The notes beneath the pieces are model-generated. The model made no database searches, was not told the origin of the DNA, and saw only the letters and a program-made list of their open reading frames with translations. A DNA stretch of 29,024 nucleotides from Pirellulales bacterium (GTDB taxonomy: Bacteria; Planctomycetota; Planctomycetia; Pirellulales; JAICIG01), in contig JBBDYJ010000013.1 of assembly GCA_040901675.1 (NCBI GenBank), positions 144,636-173,659 on the forward strand, read 5' to 3'. The position numbers and the translations under genes were made by a program. Of the stretch, positions 26,492-29,024 are shown in pieces (the stretch's first letter is position 1; every line of letters begins with the position of its first letter).

Positions 26492-27813
26492 AGATCGACG
26501 AAATCCCCGAAGTCGCCGGCCTCGACTCGCACCGGGGCCTGGTCCGCATTCCGCCCGAGCTCGATGTTCCCCTCACGCCGCGCGTCCGGCAGATCATCGA
26601 TTCCAGCGAGTTCCGCCGCCTGGCCCGCATCAGCCAGTTGGGCCTGGTGTCGCTGGTCTACCCGGCCGCCATCCACACCCGCTTCGAGCACTCGCTGGGC
26701 GTCTATCGCCTGGGCCTGTTGTACCTGAAGCACCTGGCCCACGACGAGCGGTTCGCGGCCCTGGTCCGCCCGGCCGACGCCGAGGCGTTCCTGGTGGCCG
26801 CCCTGGTGCACGATCTGGGGCATTGGCCGTTCTGCCACCCGATCGAAGACATCCGCCTGCCCGGGGTGCCCCAGCACGAGCTGTTCGCCAACAGCTTTCT
26901 GCTGGAAGGCGAGATCGCCGACATTCTCCGGGCGGACTGGAATATCAACCCCCGCGACGTCGTGACGCTGTTGTCCGAGAAGCCCCGCGGCGCCCGGTCG
27001 CGGCTGCTCTCCAGCATGCTCTCCGGACCGATCGACATCGACAAGATGGACTACCTGGCGCGCGACAGCCTGCACGCGGGAGTGCCTTACGGCCGCAATT
27101 TCGACCAGGGCCGCTTGATCGGCAGCCTCTGCTTGAACGAGGCGGGCGATGCCCTGGCGATCAGCGACAAGGGGAAGACGGCCGCCGAGATGATGGTCTT
27201 CGCCCGCTATGTCATGTTCAGCGAGGTCTACTGGCACCACGGCGTGCGGTCGGCCACGGCCATGCTGCAGCGCGCGTTCTACCTGCTGTACAGCGGACTC
27301 GACCTGGATGCGCTGTTCCGGTTGACCGAGTCGCGTTGGATCGACGAGATGCGGCGGGCAGCCGGCCAGGGGCCCGCGGGCGACCTGTTGGACGGCCTGT
27401 TCGGAGGCACGCGGCGGCTATACAAGCGGCTGGCGCAGTTCAGCATATTCGAAGAGCGCGAGCTCTACGAACGCCTGAGCCGCCGGCCGTATCCCTGGCT
27501 GGCCGCCTGTGCCGAGCAGTTCGCCGCGGTTTCCAGCACGGCCCTGGGCCGCGTGGTCGCCCCTCACGAGATCCTCTTCGATGCGCCGCCGGTGGAGCGT
27601 GAAGTGGAGTTCAACGTCGACGTGTTGTACAGCAAGGAGCACCGATACCGGCCGTTCGGCGAGGTTTCGCCCGTGGTTCGCACGTTGGCCCAGCAGCAGT
27701 TCGACGACTACGTGAAGCGGGTCCGCATTTTTGCCCATCCCCGCGTGGCCCGCGACCTGCGGGCCCTGGCTGACCTGCCCCGGCTCTTGGGCCAGGCGAT
27801 CGACCGCATGTGA
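26488..27813 (+). CDS. HD-domain phosphohydrolase (dNTP triphosphohydrolase / SAMHD1-like family)
   Basis: RLARISQLG, YPAAIHTRFEHSLGV, HDLGHWPFCH, DIDKMDYLARD, RYVMFSEVYWH; ATGA overlap with the upstream gene. Confidence 0.92.
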   Translation: MKIDEIPEVAGLDSHRGLVRIPPELDVPLTPRVRQIIDSSEFRRLARISQLGLVSLVYPAAIHTRFEHSLGVYRLGLLYLKHLAHDERFAALVRPADAEAFLVAALVHDLGHWPFCHPIEDIRLPGVPQHELFANSFLLEGEIADILRADWNINPRDVVTLLSEKPRGARSRLLSSMLSGPIDIDKMDYLARDSLHAGVPYGRNFDQGRLIGSLCLNEAGDALAISDKGKTAAEMMVFARYVMFSEVYWHHGVRSATAMLQRAFYLLYSGLDLDALFRLTESRWIDEMRRAAGQGPAGDLLDGLFGGTRRLYKRLAQFSIFEERELYERLSRRPYPWLAACAEQFAAVSSTALGRVVAPHEILFDAPPVEREVEFNVDVLYSKEHRYRPFGEVSPVVRTLAQQQFDDYVKRVRIFAHPRVARDLRALADLPRLLGQAIDRM

Positions 27814-27832
27814 GTCCGGTGGCCGCGGGGTG

Positions 27833-28075
27833 CCTGGTGGCAAAGCGGACTTCGGACTTCGGCGAGCTCAGTCGAGTCGCGAGCTCAGTCGAGTCGTAGC
27901 GTGCCCCAGTCCTGCGGGGGACGGAACACTAACCCGACGCGGGGCTCGGCGGGTTCGACCCGCCCCGAGCCCGTCGAGGGGCGCCAGCGAGGAGAGCAAG
28001 CCTCTCTACTTCTTCCGGGCTTCGCGCCGCCCTGTCCCGCCAGGGATTGGGAATGCTAACCCGACGCGCCAGCGA
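27833..28075. repeat. Composite nested palindromic mini-elements (right of the NDT-HD operon)
   Basis: Direct copy of 25492-25566 at 27833-27909; inverted copy of 25616-25727 at 27928-28015; uninterrupted host CTAACCCGACGCGCCAGCGA at 28056-28075. Confidence 0.85.
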
Positions 28076-28161
28076 ACGAAGATCAGCGTCACCCGGTAGC
28101 AGAATTCGCCAGAGTTCTGGACGAGACCGCATCCACGCAGTTCACGGCAGGGCCCTAGCCT

Positions 28162-28258
28162 TCAGCCCGCGAAGCGGGCGACAGTCAATAGCCGGGCGGC
28201 GTAAGCCCCCGGTTACCAGCCGCAAATCTTGTTGTCAGCCCCAGAAGGGGGCGACAGT
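28162..28258. repeat. REP-like hairpin cluster (AGCCC..GGGCGACAGT / GGCGTAAGCCCCCGG)
   Basis: TCAGCCCGCGAAGCGGGCGACAGT and TCAGCCCCAGAAGGGGGCGACAGT direct repeats around a CCGGG..GCGTAAGC..CCGG hairpin. Confidence 0.65.
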
Positions 28259-28454
28259 AAGGCACAGTGCAACGGAGCGTGTGGCCACCACCTATGCGGG
28301 AAGCCAGGCGTCCCGGCGATTCGACGGACATGCCGAACATCTGCACCACTGGCTTCGAATCTTCACCGCGCTCACCGGGTTACCTCATCGCGGCCAGACG
28401 CGTCCCCCTGCGGACCACAAGCCGCTCAGGAGGCTGGAGCCGCCGGGGGCGACA

Positions 28455-28655
28455 CTGAACGCGGCCGTGCAGGTCCGCGATGCGGTCCTCCAGGTCGCGG
28501 TGATACTCATGCCACGTCACGCCGTCCACGCCGGGGCGGGCTTTTCGTTTCAGGTCGAAGAAGCTGGCCGTCAGCAGTTCTGGTGTGACGTGGTGGAGCA
28601 GCGCGGTGAACCGTGCTTCGTTGTCCCGTTGTGCCGCCAGTCGTACACTCAGCAG
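28455..28655 (-). pseudogene. Group II intron reverse transcriptase/maturase N-terminal fragment (RT0 region)
   Basis: LLSVRLAAQRDNEARFTALLHHVTPELLTASFFDLKRKARPGVDGVTWHEYHRDLEDRIADLHGRVQ; homology lost before the RT1 IPK/RPLGI motif; no start codon, no YADD. Confidence 0.85.
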
Positions 28656-28865
28656 CCACGTAGCCCAGCAACTGGCCCTGGTCGTCGACGCGCTGGACCA
28701 GGTGCGGCCACTCTTGCACTTGCCAGTTCCAGCCCTGGCTGCGGTCCTCCGAGATCGGTGCCAGCGTTTCCGTCGCAGCTTGCGTCTGGAGACGCTTCCT
28801 CGAGTCTTTAGATCGTCAACAATGAGCTGCGTCCCTGAGTTGCGTCCCCTTTGTCGCGCGGGCTG

Positions 28866-28968
28866 CGTTTTCCCCTGTCAACGCTTCACCGGCGATGTTG
28901 CTGTCGCCGGCGCATAACTCGCGAGCCAGCGTGGTTCGCTACTCCTTCACTGTGGGCTCTTGCATCCC
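28866..28968 (-). mobile_element. Group II intron RNA 5' (domain I) fragment
   Basis: Minus strand CAGTGAAGGAGTAGCGAACCAC...GAGTTATGCG...GAAGCGTTGACAGGGG, recognised as a bacterial group II intron 5' segment; same strand as, and upstream of, the RT fragment. Confidence 0.65.
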
Positions 28969-29024
28969 CAAGGAACGCCCGAAGAATAACTTCGGTGTTT
29001 CGCGAGCGTCATGATAGTGCCGTG

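Noticed and set aside
28047..28811. 254-aa plus-strand ORF as a gene
   Set aside because: It runs through REP hairpins and is antisense to the intron RT fragment.
28455..29024. Functional retroelement (intact group II intron, retron or DGR)
   Set aside because: Only the RT0 region remains; no YADD, no domain V/VI seen, no template/variable repeat pair.

Overview
GC-rich bacterial chromosomal window, most consistent with a Planctomycete (Pirellulales-like: FSLR-type N-terminal motifs, CPxC zinc-ribbon membrane proteins, GTAG-type palindromic repeats). Contents in order: (i) a structured leader with a terminator at the left edge; (ii) a stress/osmoprotection cluster (cardiolipin synthase, ESFPASDPP protein, glycine-zipper stress protein, degenerate dienelactone-hydrolase-like protein, DUF1328, treZ) with four sigma54-like -24/-12 promoters, bracketed by an inverted repeat pair; (iii) a B12-type radical SAM gene coupled to a membrane protein gene, a secreted protein, a cytochrome P450 and a lipid A acyltransferase; (iv) a lower-GC island with tandem-duplicated LRR genes and ORFans; (v) housekeeping-type genes (sugar epimerase, thioesterase, ACT protein, zinc-ribbon proteins, esterase); (vi) a nucleoside deoxyribosyltransferase plus HD phosphohydrolase operon flanked by nested palindromic mini-elements; (vii) a fragmented group II intron. 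Best candidates for novelty: the secreted protein at 11096-12022 (-), whose apparent stop is a Cys-UGA-Gly followed immediately by a bacterial SECIS-like hairpin and 50 more in-frame codons (candidate selenoprotein with a vicinal Cys-Sec), and a 24-nt palindromic unit that has inserted into other repeats and into itself at CG^G sites, with an empty site visible in the same window. All calls come from reading the sequence; no database searches were run.
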